A stretch of 63,987 bases of DNA, counting the filler, from Octopus bimaculoides (lineage: Eukaryota): the NCBI RefSeq assembly GCF_001194135.2. It is 5 parts of 5 records of this genome, joined end to end, with 100 filler letters (N's around TTAATTAATTAA, not from the genome) between each part and the next. Parts side by side here need not be neighbours in the genome. Positions count along the whole stretch, not along the records: positions 34,044 to 54,729 come from NC_068982.1; positions 54,830 to 62,288 come from NC_068983.1; positions 62,389 to 63,987 come from NC_069010.1; 2 more parts are not named here. One strand, 5' to 3'. A model generated the notes under the pieces. That model was not told the DNA's origin. It worked only from the letters and a program-made list of their open reading frames with translations, and made no database searches. Shown one piece after another: positions 52,180-63,987 of this stretch. Both the position numbers and the translations under genes were made by a program. The first letter of the stretch is position 1. Each line of letters starts with the position of its first letter.

Positions 52180-52680
52180 AATATCAAGGAGTGATGTTTG
52201 TAGAGGCCACACCTCATTGGGAGTTAGCCTGTAGGTTTAAGAAGGCTCTAAAGGACACCAGACTCAACATTACGGTTGTTGAGAAACCTGGGAGCTCCAT
52301 CAGATCATAATTATGTTGGATGTACCCCTTTGAAAATACCACATGCACAAATGAAAACTGTGTGGCATGTAACTTTAATCCCAGTATTAACTGTAAGATT
52401 GGGAATGTAGTCTACAGCATAAGGTACATGTAAGGAATTCATAAGGATAGAAACATGGCATACATTGGGGAAACTTCTAGGTGTTTAGCAGAGAGGCTAA
52501 ATGACACACAGGAGAGTGTATAACAACAAAAACAGTTGTCCATAAACTATCAACATGCCAAAGACCAACTTGGCAATACACTGGATCAAACTGACATCCA
52601 CATTTTTTCCAATCACCCAAAGGACTCACTTAGACAAATACAAGAGTATGTCCTCAGAAATGAAACATTATACCCATACT
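52180..52680 (+). mobile_element. Penelope-like element fragment (Cys-rich linker + GIY-YIG endonuclease), decayed
   Basis: YQGVMFVEATPHWELACRFKKALKDTRLNITVVEKPGSSIRS*L...CTNENCVAC...NCKIGNVVYSI...AYIGETSRCLAERL: VVY...YIGETSR GIY-YIG motifs. Confidence 0.8.
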
Positions 52681-53819
52681 AAATAGGAAGTACGCATAGG
52701 AGGTAGAGATAGCTCAATGCCACAGATACCACCCATGCAATATACATACATAGGTACACTCATAAGTAAGCAGTCAAGTAGGTAGATAAATTAGTAGGTT
52801 TTTAGGTGGTTAGGTTAGTTATATAGATTGTTAGTTACTTAATTATGTAGGTAGGTAGGTAAATAGGCAATACGAACAGACATGCACATACACTCAAGGA
52901 GACAGAAACACATGGCCACATACACACACACTCAGGCATACATGCATACCATGTATACACACATATACAAACATATGTGAGCATACATGCATACATACAC
53001 AAACTCACACAAAATCAGAAGTACACACACACACACAGAAGAATATATACATACATATATAAATACATAAGCACATGTGCACACTGGCATGCACATACAC
53101 GTATGCAACAAGGTCTCAGACAGACAAACATGAAAAAAAAGTCATTGAAAACCTTGCAAAGAGCAACAAAAGAACTTTGACAAAAAACAAACAAAAATGA
53201 AACAAACAACCTACTGTTTAACCAAGTTAAACAAACATTCGATTAGTTGAATATTTTACCAATTAAAGGAATGGAATTGAACCAGTGCATGTGTTAATAA
53301 TACTGGCATAATGACTCTCACTAGACACAACAAAATTAAGAACATAGATTCAATTAAAATATTGACAAACACACACACACATACAGTGCCAATCCCACTA
53401 TCTAAACAACACATGCATTTGCCCAAAAAGAAGAGCCAATCTAAATCATTAGATGTGGATGAAGTTGCAGGTGTTATATCAGAGTTTTCCTTCCTCATGA
53501 AAGATGTCTAAACAATGACCAAAGTTCTTTTGCTCTTAGCTGTTAGATGGCTGTTGACCTTACATAGCTCTATCCTTTGAAAGGTTTTGGTTTTTGTCCT
53601 ATAGGCTATCCAATGTATACTGCCCTCCTTACCAAGCATGTTTGGCAGGGTTGCTGGTTTAGTTGCTGCTAGCCCAATCATACAGTTGTACTAGGTTACA
53701 TGTTACCAGTAGTACAAGGAGTAACCTGATACACACAAACACACATGCTTTGGTCTTCATATTTAAGTTGGTATCTGTTTTGGTGCAATAAAAAAGACTG
53801 ATGATCCTTCTATCAGCTA

Positions 53820-54298
53820 AATCATCATCATCATCATCATCATCGTCATTTAACGTCCACTTTCCATGCTAGCATGGGTTGGACGATTTGACTGAGGACT
53901 GGTGAAACCAGATGGCTACACTAGGCTCCAATCTGGCTACACCAGGTGCCATCACGATTTCGCTTGCCCCAATAAGTCTTCGCAAGCTGAGCTTCGTGTC
54001 CAATGAAGGAGATGACGTTGGCATGGGTGCCAGTCGTCGAATTTAACTCGATTTCGATTTCACTTGCCTCAACAGGTCTTCGCAAGTGGAGTTTAGTGTC
54101 CAATGAAGGAAGGTACGCATAAGTGGACTGGCTGAGGCCTTAGATTTAGGTCTCACTTGGCTTGTCGGGTCTTCTCACGCACAGTATATTTCCAATTGGC
54201 AAAGTTGCTACAGATGGATGCCCTTCCAAAACACCAACCACTCAGAGAGTGTAGTGGGTGCTTTTACGTGCCACCGGCACGAAGGCCAGTCAGGCGGT
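53820..54298 (-). mobile_element. Rearranged RTE 3'UTR copy
   Basis: The tail is split by about 330 bp of further 3'UTR-like sequence containing two gtcttcgcaag...gtgtccaatgaagga units. Confidence 0.7.
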
Positions 54299-54343
54299 GT
54301 ATATATATATGAATATGTATATACATACATATATATATATGTA

Positions 54344-54729
54344 CTAGCAGTATAACCCGACCTTGTCCGGGTGTGACTTATTATGCCATCTACGATAAGT
54401 CTTGCTAGCTGAAAATGAACTAAAAAAGAAAGCCTTACAACGAAAAAACCCTTATGATGTAAATATGTTCATAATTCAAAAGACGATGAAATTAATAGGG
54501 AAAGTCTGAAGGCTGTTTTGCGTAAAATTATTAAGCATACGTAAATTTCATCCGTGTAATTAGCTATAGAAATGCTTGTGCAAAACAACTTTTTGCACTG
54601 CCCTGATTATACATAGCAGAGTAATCCCTTTTCACAGGAGCTAGGATGGCAATTTGTGATGAAGCAATTGCTGGTGATCTGTTGCTAAACAGTTTTGCCA
54701 GAATTCTATCAGATTGGGCAGAAGGTGTT
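54344..54729 (-). mobile_element. Helitron-like element 3' end, running into a gap
   Basis: Minus strand ends cccggacaaggtcggg (imperfect hairpin) ttatactg-CTAG, abutting a TA-rich microsatellite. Confidence 0.6.
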
Positions 54730-54837
54730 NNNNNNNNNNNNNNNNNNNNNNNNNNNNNNNNNNNNNNNNNNNNTTAATTAATTAANNNNNNNNNNNNNNN
54801 NNNNNNNNNNNNNNNNNNNNNNNNNNNNNTATATATA

Positions 54838-54878
<41 letters not shown>

Positions 54879-54895
54879 TCGATAGTGAAGACGGA

Positions 54896-55263
54896 GTGTG
54901 TTGTAAGCTTTATTTTGCATGACGATCGTTTCGGCTCACATCTGCATTGCTTCCTAGTGCGTGGGGAACGATATAATAGAATCGAATCCATCCAACAGTG
55001 CAGAAAATACCTCATCAGGTTCTATATGCTTCAGTATTATAATATGTACATTAATGAATTTGTGATCTACTATAAATTCACAAGTTATAACAACACACAG
55101 TAGCGAGATGTACATATAACATTGTAACGTAATATGTAACCTGCTGAGGTTGCTTCTGCACTTTGGGATAGATTCCATTCCATTATACCGTTCCTTATCC
55201 ATTAGAGGGTAGTGCGGATGTAAGCAGAAACGATCGTCGTGCTAAACAAAGCTTACAGTACAC
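54896..55263. repeat. Diverged inverted repeat carrying hammerhead-like motifs
   Basis: tgtaagctttattttgcatgacgatcgtttcggctcacatctgca... matches the reverse complement of ...tgcggatgtaagcagaaacgatcgtcgtgctaaacaaagcttaca; arms about 155 bp, roughly 75-80% identical by eye. Confidence 0.85.
54917..55024 (-). ncRNA. Hammerhead ribozyme-like motif with extended stem II
   Basis: Minus strand reads aac-CTGATGA-GG...(TCTGCACT/AATGCAGA)...GCC-GAAA-CGATC-GTC: palindromic stem III ACGATCGT and a GUC triplet; stem I is poorly supported. The plus-strand partner at 55141-55238 has CTGCTGA. Confidence 0.5.
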
Positions 55264-55716
55264 TTTGTCTTCTCTATCAATTATTTAAAACATACCAAAC
55301 GGGCACCTAGGAATATATATGGTTTACCTTCTTCTGAAGGAAGTTATAGCGAGAACTAGGGGTCCTTCACCCCAGTAGTCACCATGCTAAATAACCCATA
55401 GCTAGGACCCTAATAGTTGTTACTATTCCAGGTAAGAGCAGACCAGTGAACAGTAGTCTAGAGTTGGTTTCACACTCCTCAAAACTCTGGAACTTCCAAA
55501 CCAGAGACCTGCTATCGGATGGATTTGCAGTTTAAATTCATACTCAAGACATACATATATACGTACATATAAACAGGCAGACAAACTAAGATACGACGGG
55601 TTTTCGCTAAGTTTCAATTATCCAAATTTCCTCTAGAGTTTAATTCCATAATCCAATGTAATTGAGTCCTAAATGTTGAGAAGAACATTGTTTGGTTATC
55701 AGTTGAGATGAATTAT

Positions 55717-55936
55717 ACGAATGGGTGCAGAAAAGGTCTTGGCTTTAAGTGTATTACGAAAGGCCTGGCTGGAAGCCCAATCTTCCAAGTTCTTTTACAG
55801 GGCTTAGAAAAACTGAAGGACCGCTGCAATAAGTGTGTTTATTTGTGAGGGGAATATGTTAAATAAATTCGTAATTAACTGATCCTCTTGTATTTTCTTT
55901 CACCCAAAACCAAGATCTTTTCAGGACCTCTTCATA
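55717..55936 (+). mobile_element. Mariner-derived MITE / deletion derivative
   Basis: TA-flanked degenerate TIRs (tacgaatgggtgcagaaaaggtcttggcttt / aaaaccaagatctttttcaggacctcttcata). Internal LQGLEKLKDRCNKCVYL*GEYVK* resembles the mariner transposase C-terminus. Confidence 0.75.
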
Positions 55937-57339
55937 TAACGTGGTACATTTTCCGTAAAGACGTTGGAGAAGTGTCTAAAGAGAGATTGAGAAATTTAAC
56001 TTACAGAGAAGAAAATAGTCTTCTACAAAATATTAACCTCTTAGATACTAACTATCAAAGATAGTTCTACAAGACAAAAATAACAGTGGTAGTACAGCCT
56101 CTCTACTAAAAAGAAAAATGGGCTGTGTGTACTCTATGCTGAAATGCGCGGTATACCATCCCTGTAAACCACGCAGTACTGTAAATCTGATAACTGTTTG
56201 CTGAGTGCTAAGATCAGTTCATCTAGTAGCTTTCGATTGCAGTTTTATCATCACGCCTCTAAAACGAGTGCTATGGTGACGAGTTGGCTAGGCCATGAAA
56301 TACATCCGCAATAGCATCTGTCTATTTCCAAGTAGTCGGGGCACCAGTGACCGGAAACGAACTGTCGACACTTACTTCTGCCTCTGTTCACTGCAGCTGT
56401 TAATATCTTTCTATATAGAAATGCCAGTAATATAATCTGCATCTGTTATATACAGATGTACTTCTACTCCAACATATAAGCTGACATCAACAAAAGGAAG
56501 TAATTCTAATGATTCTAATTTCATCATAACAAAATAATAAAATAAGAGGACAACGAGTAATGTGGTTTTAAGAGATCCTAACGACAGGCAACAAGAGGGG
56601 TGGGGTGACGGTGACACACAACAACAATAAGCAGTTAGTCTATTTAGAATAAATCCAGCTTAGCAAAACAATTGAAATAAAATGCTGTATAAATGATTTA
56701 TTTGTCAGACAAATAGTATTAATTTAAGGTGGAGGAAGTAAGTATTTCACTCTAAAAAACAGGAATTGGAGGATTTGAAATTTTCATAACAATAGGAGAA
56801 TTTGAAGAAAACAAATATTCTGATATTGTTTCTTTACATTAAAACGTGTTCAGCTATTTAGATGCATTTAGACCATTTCTCTATACTGGTAAGCAGTAAA
56901 ATGATGAATTACTTGAATATCATGTTATGCATTTGTGTGTAGCAGGAGTGTTAGTATGATTCCGTCTTTGTATTGCTGTGTATGGATATAACAATAATAT
57001 TATGTCATTTTAACAATACATGCGGGTTTATCTGTAATACTTTTAATTAAAATGTCTCTATGGTGCAGGATGTCATTTTTGCTTCGCATTTCTTTTTCAC
57101 GTGGTGAAGTGTGTGGGAGTAAAATAATTATCAGTAATAAACAGTAATCACATCAGTAGATCACATGCCTTTCTTCCTATCACGATGAAAGAAAAATTTT
57201 GTCCCTTGGTCCAAAGTAAAAGAAATAAAAGAATGAAAAAGAAAGATCCAAGACAAGAAAGTGAGTAAATTGATTATGCAGTGGGAAAAGTGAATCTCAT
57301 CTTTGGTACGTTTTAGCATTACATAACTTTTTGTAAGGC

Positions 57340-57550
57340 TGTGAGCTGGTAGAATCGTTAGAAAACCGGATAACATGCTAAGCGACACTTTGTCTATTTT
57401 TACGTTCTGAGTTCAAATTCTATCGAGGTCGACTTCACTTTTCATCTTATCAGGGTCGTTAAAATAGGTATCAGTAGAGCACTAAAGTCGATTTAATTGA
57501 CTTAGCCTCTTCCCCCGAAATTGCTGAACTTGTGCCAAAATTTGAAACCA
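57340..57550 (+). mobile_element. Family A SINE
   Basis: gtgagctggtagaatcgttag...ctgagttcaaattc...cttgtgccaaaatttgaaacc. Confidence 0.85.
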
Positions 57551-58273
57551 TTATTTTACTTCCTGTGATATAGTTTCGCAGGTAACTACCAAACTTTAGA
57601 ATAACATGAGATAAAATTAGTCACAAGTATAGGAAAGTAAATGACATAGAAAAATTTCCCACGTTTGCCTTCTACATGGATGTAACTAAGTATATATATA
57701 TTCTGCATGAATACATAGATGCGCGTTAACATATTTAATGTCCAAAAGTAAACTGATATAGATATAGCCGAAACTATATTTAAATATAGTCACAAATGTA
57801 GAATAAAAGTTTCTAGGATATAACCAGTCTGTATCTCCACCATACAGTAAAAACCGAATCAATTGACTGTTATAAAAATTAAACAATCATCAATGGTTGA
57901 GAGGCTTTAAAAATATCAATTGCAGACTTACAGTGAATTTTATTCAGCTAAGTGAGCGGAAGAATCAAAAATGTTGTACTTTGCTTAGGGACACAGCTAA
58001 AAAGCACCGAGCCAATGAAGAAGCCCCTATGTCTTTCCTCGACCTATAAGAAATAGATTTTCTCTCAAGTCATATCTTGGTACCATAGAAAATGAAAAGA
58101 GAAGATTACAACTAGAATGCCGGTCGAGCAATAAATAATTGACAGACAGACAGTCGGATTGATGAAGTGGGGTGTAATTGGATGCGACGACTCTGCACAA
58201 AACAAAGAAAACGTCTGGGCAGGAAGACTTGAACGCAAACGTATATACATCCATATTATTATTATTATTATTA

Positions 58274-58660
<387 letters not shown>

Positions 58661-59118
58661 TACATAGCAACATCAAATGCATAAACAAAACTGTCTGTAC
58701 CTTATTTCTATCACACCAGCAAAGCATTTCATAAAACTTGTCGTCATCTATTTATAAACAATAAAGAAAACACCTTAAAAAGCAACACAAAACGTTGGCT
58801 ACCAGAATAGCTCTTAGGTCACTATGCCTGTGTACATTTTTATAACAGAACTTTTAGAAGCTGCTTTACTAACAGTGTATTTATAAGGAACGTCTTCTCA
58901 ATCAGTCTTTTTAACCTATATCTACAACTTATGCCTCCGTATCCATAAGATATACCCATCACGTCATACAGAGATCTAAAACAACGAAATTACTGAAGCG
59001 TGTGTTAAACCAGCCATTCCCTTCTTACCTGCAGCACCAGAAAATATAAATTACAACCAACCATCACACTCAACAGTATAAATATGCCACATGCGGACAC
59101 GCACAAACGCATGCACAT

Positions 59119-59165
<47 letters not shown>

Positions 59166-59486
59166 TGTTCGCGCGCGCGCGCACAAAACGATAATAGTAG
59201 GAATTACATTTAACAGTCAAATTACATGAAGACTAATCTAGAAACAATGACTTAAACCTATTTAGAATTACACTTGTCCTGCTTTTGTCTGAATTATAGT
59301 TATGTATTCCTCAAGAGTATGGTGTACTATTTTCTTGATATGTGAAGTAACTGTGGTTCTGTGCTGTTGAAAGAAAGCACTGTGTTAAGTTCCCATTGAA
59401 ATACGCACCTTAAGGTGCATTCCGTGCATGACTGGCACGAGGCGTCCTTCAAAACATTCCCCTGCTAAAAAAAAAAGGACCACAGA

Positions 59487-59720
59487 GTGAACTTAATCCT
59501 CCAAACACACACCATCATAAAAAGCAAGAGACAGCCCAAATCTATGAAAAGTCTCCTAACACAAGCCCGAATACGCTCAACAACAACACTGAAGCCGTCA
59601 GTAAAAAAGTGCGGAAGACTCAACCGTGGGATATGCGTCAATTTAATTGAGGGATCAGAGTTCTCCTTCAAACAGGGACAACGTTTCACTGAAAAGCAGC
59701 TTCACGTGTGCTACAACAAA
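59487..59720 (+). mobile_element. Penelope-like (Neptune-type) linker fragment
   Basis: HTIIKSKRQPKSMKSLLTQARI...VKKCGRLNRGICVNLIEGSEFSFKQGQRFT resembles the PLE RT-EN linker IIKSKRQP.NLK.LLT.AK...KKCGR..CG.C..L.EG..F.FK.G..F. Confidence 0.65.
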
Positions 59721-59881
59721 CGACATATCCACCACGGCCTTAGAATAACACACACGCAAATATTAAAAATGATACATTCAAGAGACACCCAAGAATTCAT
59801 CACTGCTATAATCCACAGCGAGCCACTTTAAGGTCATTTGACCATTTAACATCCTACTACTATCATACCATCCCGCATTCC

Positions 59882-59895
59882 CTTCTTCTTCTTCT

Positions 59896-59942
<47 letters not shown>

Positions 59943-59973
59943 TTCTTCTTCTTCTTCTTCTTCTTCTTCTTCT
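59882..59973. repeat. (CTT)n microsatellite
   Basis: Directly visible. Confidence 0.95.
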
Positions 59974-60558
59974 CTGCCAAGAATTCACGACCTCGAACCC
60001 AAAAGACTAAACAAAAGAGACAGAGACAGACAAAAACAAGGNNNNNNNNNNNNNNNNNNNNNNNNNNNNNNNNNNNNNNNNNNNNNNNNNNNNNNNNNNN
60101 NNNNNNNNNNNNNNNNNNNNNNNNNNNNNNNNNNNNNNNNNNNNNNNNNNNNNNNNNNNNNNNNNNNNNNNNNNNNNNNNNNNNNNNNNNNNNNNNNNNN
60201 NNNNNNNNNNNNNNNNNNNNNNNNNNNNNNNNNNNNNNNNNNNNNNNNNNNNNNNNNNNNNNNNNNNNNNNNNNNNNNNNNNNNNNNNNNNNNNNNNNNN
60301 NNNNNNNNNNNNNNNNNNNNNNNNNNNNNNNNNNNNNNNNNNNNNNNNNNNNNNNNNNNNNNNNNNNNNNNNNNNNNNNNNNNNNNNNNNNNNNNNNNNN
60401 NNNNNNNNNNNNNNNNNNNNNNNNNNNNNNNNNNNNNNNNNNNNNNNNNNNNNNNNNNNNNNNNNNNNNNNNNNNNNNNNNNNNNNNNNNNNNNNNNNNN
60501 NNNNNNNNNNNNNNNNNNNNNNNNNNNNNNNNNNNNNNNNNNNNNNNNNNNNNNNNNN

Positions 60559-60963
60559 GGGAAAGGAATTGTGTATAGAGCCAAAGTGCAGATAGAAGGC
60601 TCACATGAATATAGAACTTACACAGGAGCTTCTGATAATTCTTTCAAGACTCGATTTTATTCTCATAGAAATTCCTTCCGACACCCCGAAAATAGGTCAA
60701 AGACCAGCCTGGCAAAATATGTCTGAGAATTAAAAGAAAACAAAACCCGGCCTTTCAATGTGACATGGAGAATTTTAGATAGAGAATCACCTTACAGACA
60801 CGGTGCGCATAAAAGACCCATCAAATGTGATTTATGTCTTTTGGAAAAATTCTATATTTTATTCCAGGACAATAACGCTTTGAATGAAAGACGCGAAATC
60901 TTGAATTCCTGCAGACACGCAACAAAATTAAAAATATCGGCTAACAATATACCATATGGATAG
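60559..60963 (+). mobile_element. Penelope-like element GIY-YIG endonuclease C-terminus (one stop, one frameshift)
   Basis: GKGIVYRAKVQIEGSHEYRTYTGASDNSFKTRFYSHRNSFRH...TSLAKYV*ELK / FNVTWRILD...KCDLCLLEKFYIL...LNERREILNSCRH; the upstream part lies in an N gap. Confidence 0.85.
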
Positions 60964-61513
60964 TATATATTTTTTGAATCTTGAACTAGCTTTCAATCTC
61001 ACTGTTGGATTTGTATCTTCTAATGCATGGTTTATTTCGCATCGCAAAGATGTTGTATATATTTCAACATATATTTTAAGAAAAGCTTCAAGTGTTATAT
61101 GTATATATTATTTTCATGCTTAAGATTTTATTTTTATTTCATTTTATTGTATTTTACAAACCCATTTATTTGTTATATTTATAGATAATTCGATATATGG
61201 TGTTCTATTATGCATGTCTTTTATCCGATTTTAATTATTATACACTCAGCAATTTAAAAAAAAGTTTGTATAAATACGTCAGGACCAAGATATGTTTTTA
61301 TGCGGATGCCTGTATTGTTGGCATGCATATGTATTCGGATGTGTGCGTCTATATATATGTGTAACTAAGCGTGTATGTTTATACTTGTGCACATACGTAC
61401 ATGGATGTATATGTATGCACGAATACACTTATATTTGTGTGGATGTGTATTTATGTGCATATTTCCATATATTTATATACGTGATCTTATATGTGCATTT
61501 ATATACTAATATA

Positions 61514-61566
<53 letters not shown>

Positions 61567-62774
61567 GGGGGGGGGGGTGTAATTTTCATTCTGTGAACGT
61601 TTGTTACGTATATTCTGTCACCTATATTTCTTTCTTTCTTTTTTCTTTCCTTACGCGAAGTATCCTTTCTCTCCCTATTCGTAATTTTGATAGCGTCCTT
61701 AAACAATGCGTTCCTCTTCTCCCCCTTACTTACCTTTTTCTTTCGCTAGCTGTTACGTTTAGGATCCTTCTTTTCCTTTTTCTTTCCCCCTCCCTACGTT
61801 TAAGATATACTTCCCATCTATCATGTCTGTCATAACTGACTCCTATGTGTATACACCAAGAGATTTTCGTATGCGGACATGGTTGCATGCATATATGTAT
61901 ATGTATATTTGTGCGTATATTTATGTCTTACATATATATGCCTGTATATGTATGTAACTATGTGCATGCATCTGTGTATTTTGATGTATATATGTATATT
62001 ATAGATGGTCTAGTATGGGTATATACTGTTGTAAAATATTTATGTAATGCAACATGAAAATTTTAATTTTAATTTTAATGTATTAATTGAATTATATTTC
62101 GTAGATAATTATTTACAATATGTATTTTGAAACCACTCATCGATTTAAGGTTTTCTTCGATTTAATAATAGGATGAATTTATATTGAATTCATTTATTTT
62201 GTTCATTGCATGCTTAAGACCGTTAATTGAAAGGACCAATGAAACAAATCCATTTTTAAAGGTGTTTCCTTTAACTAGTTTTGAATATNNNNNNNNNNNN
62301 NNNNNNNNNNNNNNNNNNNNNNNNNNNNNNNNTTAATTAATTAANNNNNNNNNNNNNNNNNNNNNNNNNNNNNNNNNNNNNNNNNNNNGAACTCAGAACT
62401 TAAAGACAGTCGAAATTCCACTTAGCATTTTGGCCAGAGGGTTAAAGATTCTGCCAGCTCACCACTTTGATGATGATGATGATGAAGATGATGATGATGA
62501 TAATAATAATAATAACAACAACAACAACAACAATAATAATGATAATAATGACAATAATCCTTTGTTATAGGCACAAGGCCTGAAATTTGGGAGCTGGGGA
62601 CAGTCAATTTCATCAACCCCAGTATGCAACTGGTACTTATTTTATGAACCCCAAAAGGATGAAAGGCGATGTCAACCTTGGCGGGATTTGAACTCAGAAT
62701 GCCACTAAGCACTTTGCCTGTCATGCTAACGATTTTGCCAGCTAGCCGCCTTAATAATAATAATAATAATAATA

Positions 62775-63128
62775 ATATTGGAAAAATTCCTTAGGAATGA
62801 GAACCCAGGTTCAAAATTTCCCCAGGACACCTGATGAAGGCTGGAGAGTATATCAGCCGAAACGTGTTAACAACAAACAAGATGAAGACAAATGTCCGTC
62901 AAATGAAAATAATGTACATAATGTACATAATTCCTCATCTCTCAAATAAAGAACTGAAATGTCCATCAGTCGTAGATAATGTACATAATTCTTCATCGCT
63001 CAAATATAGAACTGAAATATCCACCAGTTGTTGATAATGTACATAATTCCTCATCTCTCAAATAAAGAACTGAAATGTCCATCAGTCGTAGATAATGTAC
63101 ATAATTCCTCATCTCTCAAATATAGAGC
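62775..63128 (+). mobile_element. Second copy of the 58.5-kb hammerhead-bearing tail, with 58-bp tandem expansion
   Basis: GACAC-CTGATGA-A-GGCTG...CAGCC-GAAA-C-GTGTT at 62826-62868; 58-bp units start at 62918, 62976, 63034 and 63092. Confidence 0.8.
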
Positions 63129-63454
63129 TATTGAATGCAAAGATACAATACTAAAGCTGCGAAACCTGTTCTGTTAATCTGATCATGTAACAATTTTGTC
63201 AGCTCATCACGTCCATAATAATAATAATTATTATTATTTCAAATTTTTGCCACAAGGGCAGCTTGGGAGAAGCAAGGATGAGTTGATTACATCTACTCAG
63301 AGTTCAACCAGAACTTATTTCATTGAAACCCCCCCCCCCCGAAAGGATGAATGGCGAAGTCAACCTCGGCAGAATTTGAACTCAGAACGCAGCAACGGGT
63401 GAAATACCACTAGGCATTTCGTCCAGCACACTAACAATTCTGCCAGCTCACCAC

Positions 63455-63466
63455 CTTCTTAATAAC

Positions 63467-63505
<39 letters not shown>

Positions 63506-63925
63506 CATCACTATTATCATTATTATTGCGGCTGCTTTTGTTGTAATAAATATCGTTATTATAATCATCACCATCACCATCATCACCCGCATCATCATCA
63601 TCAACATCGCTATCGTCGTCATCGTCATCATCAGCAGCAGCAGCAGCAGCGGCAGCGGCAGCAGCAGCAGCAACATCATCATCATGAAGATCATCATCAT
63701 TATTAATTATTCTTGTTGTTTGTGTCATAACAATCATCATCATCATCAACATCATCATCGTCATCATCCAAATCGTTATCATCGTCGTCATTATTTTAGC
63801 AACAAGGAGAAGAAGAAGAAGAAGAAGAAGAAGAAGAAGAAGAAGAAGAAAAAGAGGAAGAAAAAAACGACAAGCACAACAACAACAACAACAACAACAA
63901 CAACAGTAACGTCAACAACAACATC
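63455..63925. repeat. Compound trinucleotide microsatellite field (AAT, CAT, CAG, AAG, AAC)
   Basis: Directly visible; explains the poly-I/M/D/A/K/T ORFs. Confidence 0.95.
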
Positions 63926-63987
63926 GAAAATATCTAATTAATCAGCAGAAAATGTAAATATATATATATATATGAGTGTATATGTAT

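Noticed and set aside
62918-63128. 58-bp tandem units (also the 40.6-kb and 23.9-kb arrays) as a CRISPR-like array
   Set aside because: There are no unique spacers and no cas genes, and the context is eukaryotic; these are minisatellites within retroelement tails.

Overview
AT-rich, repeat-saturated animal genomic DNA from a gapped draft assembly. It is not prokaryotic. The SINE/LINE and microsatellite landscape resembles what I recall of octopus (coleoid cephalopod) genomes; this is an unverified inference. The only host gene I can support is a plus-strand lambda-crystallin homolog / L-gulonate 3-dehydrogenase (CRYL1). Four coding exons (34762-34923, 38664-38858, 46900-47005, 48836-49062) have GT-AG boundaries and splice in frame; I could not find its 5' Rossmann-fold exons. 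The rest is decayed transposable elements and microsatellites: RTE LINEs and many 3'-tail copies, BovB-like RTE, R4/Dong-like and HERO-like RLE LINEs, Penelope-like GIY-YIG fragments, a Tigger/pogo transposase pseudogene, hAT, piggyBac and mariner MITEs, Helitron-like elements, and tRNA-derived SINEs. The most interesting signal is three sequence-unrelated fold-back elements (22.2-22.6, 47.6-48.1 and 54.9-55.3 kb). Each carries a divergent pair of minimal hammerhead-ribozyme-like motifs. A fourth hammerhead family (58.5 and 62.8 kb) has one copy with a tRNA T-arm-like 5' inversion. Together these suggest several non-autonomous Penelope-type (retrozyme-like) families. I see no evidence for a novel protein-coding system. 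All alignments and folds were done by eye.
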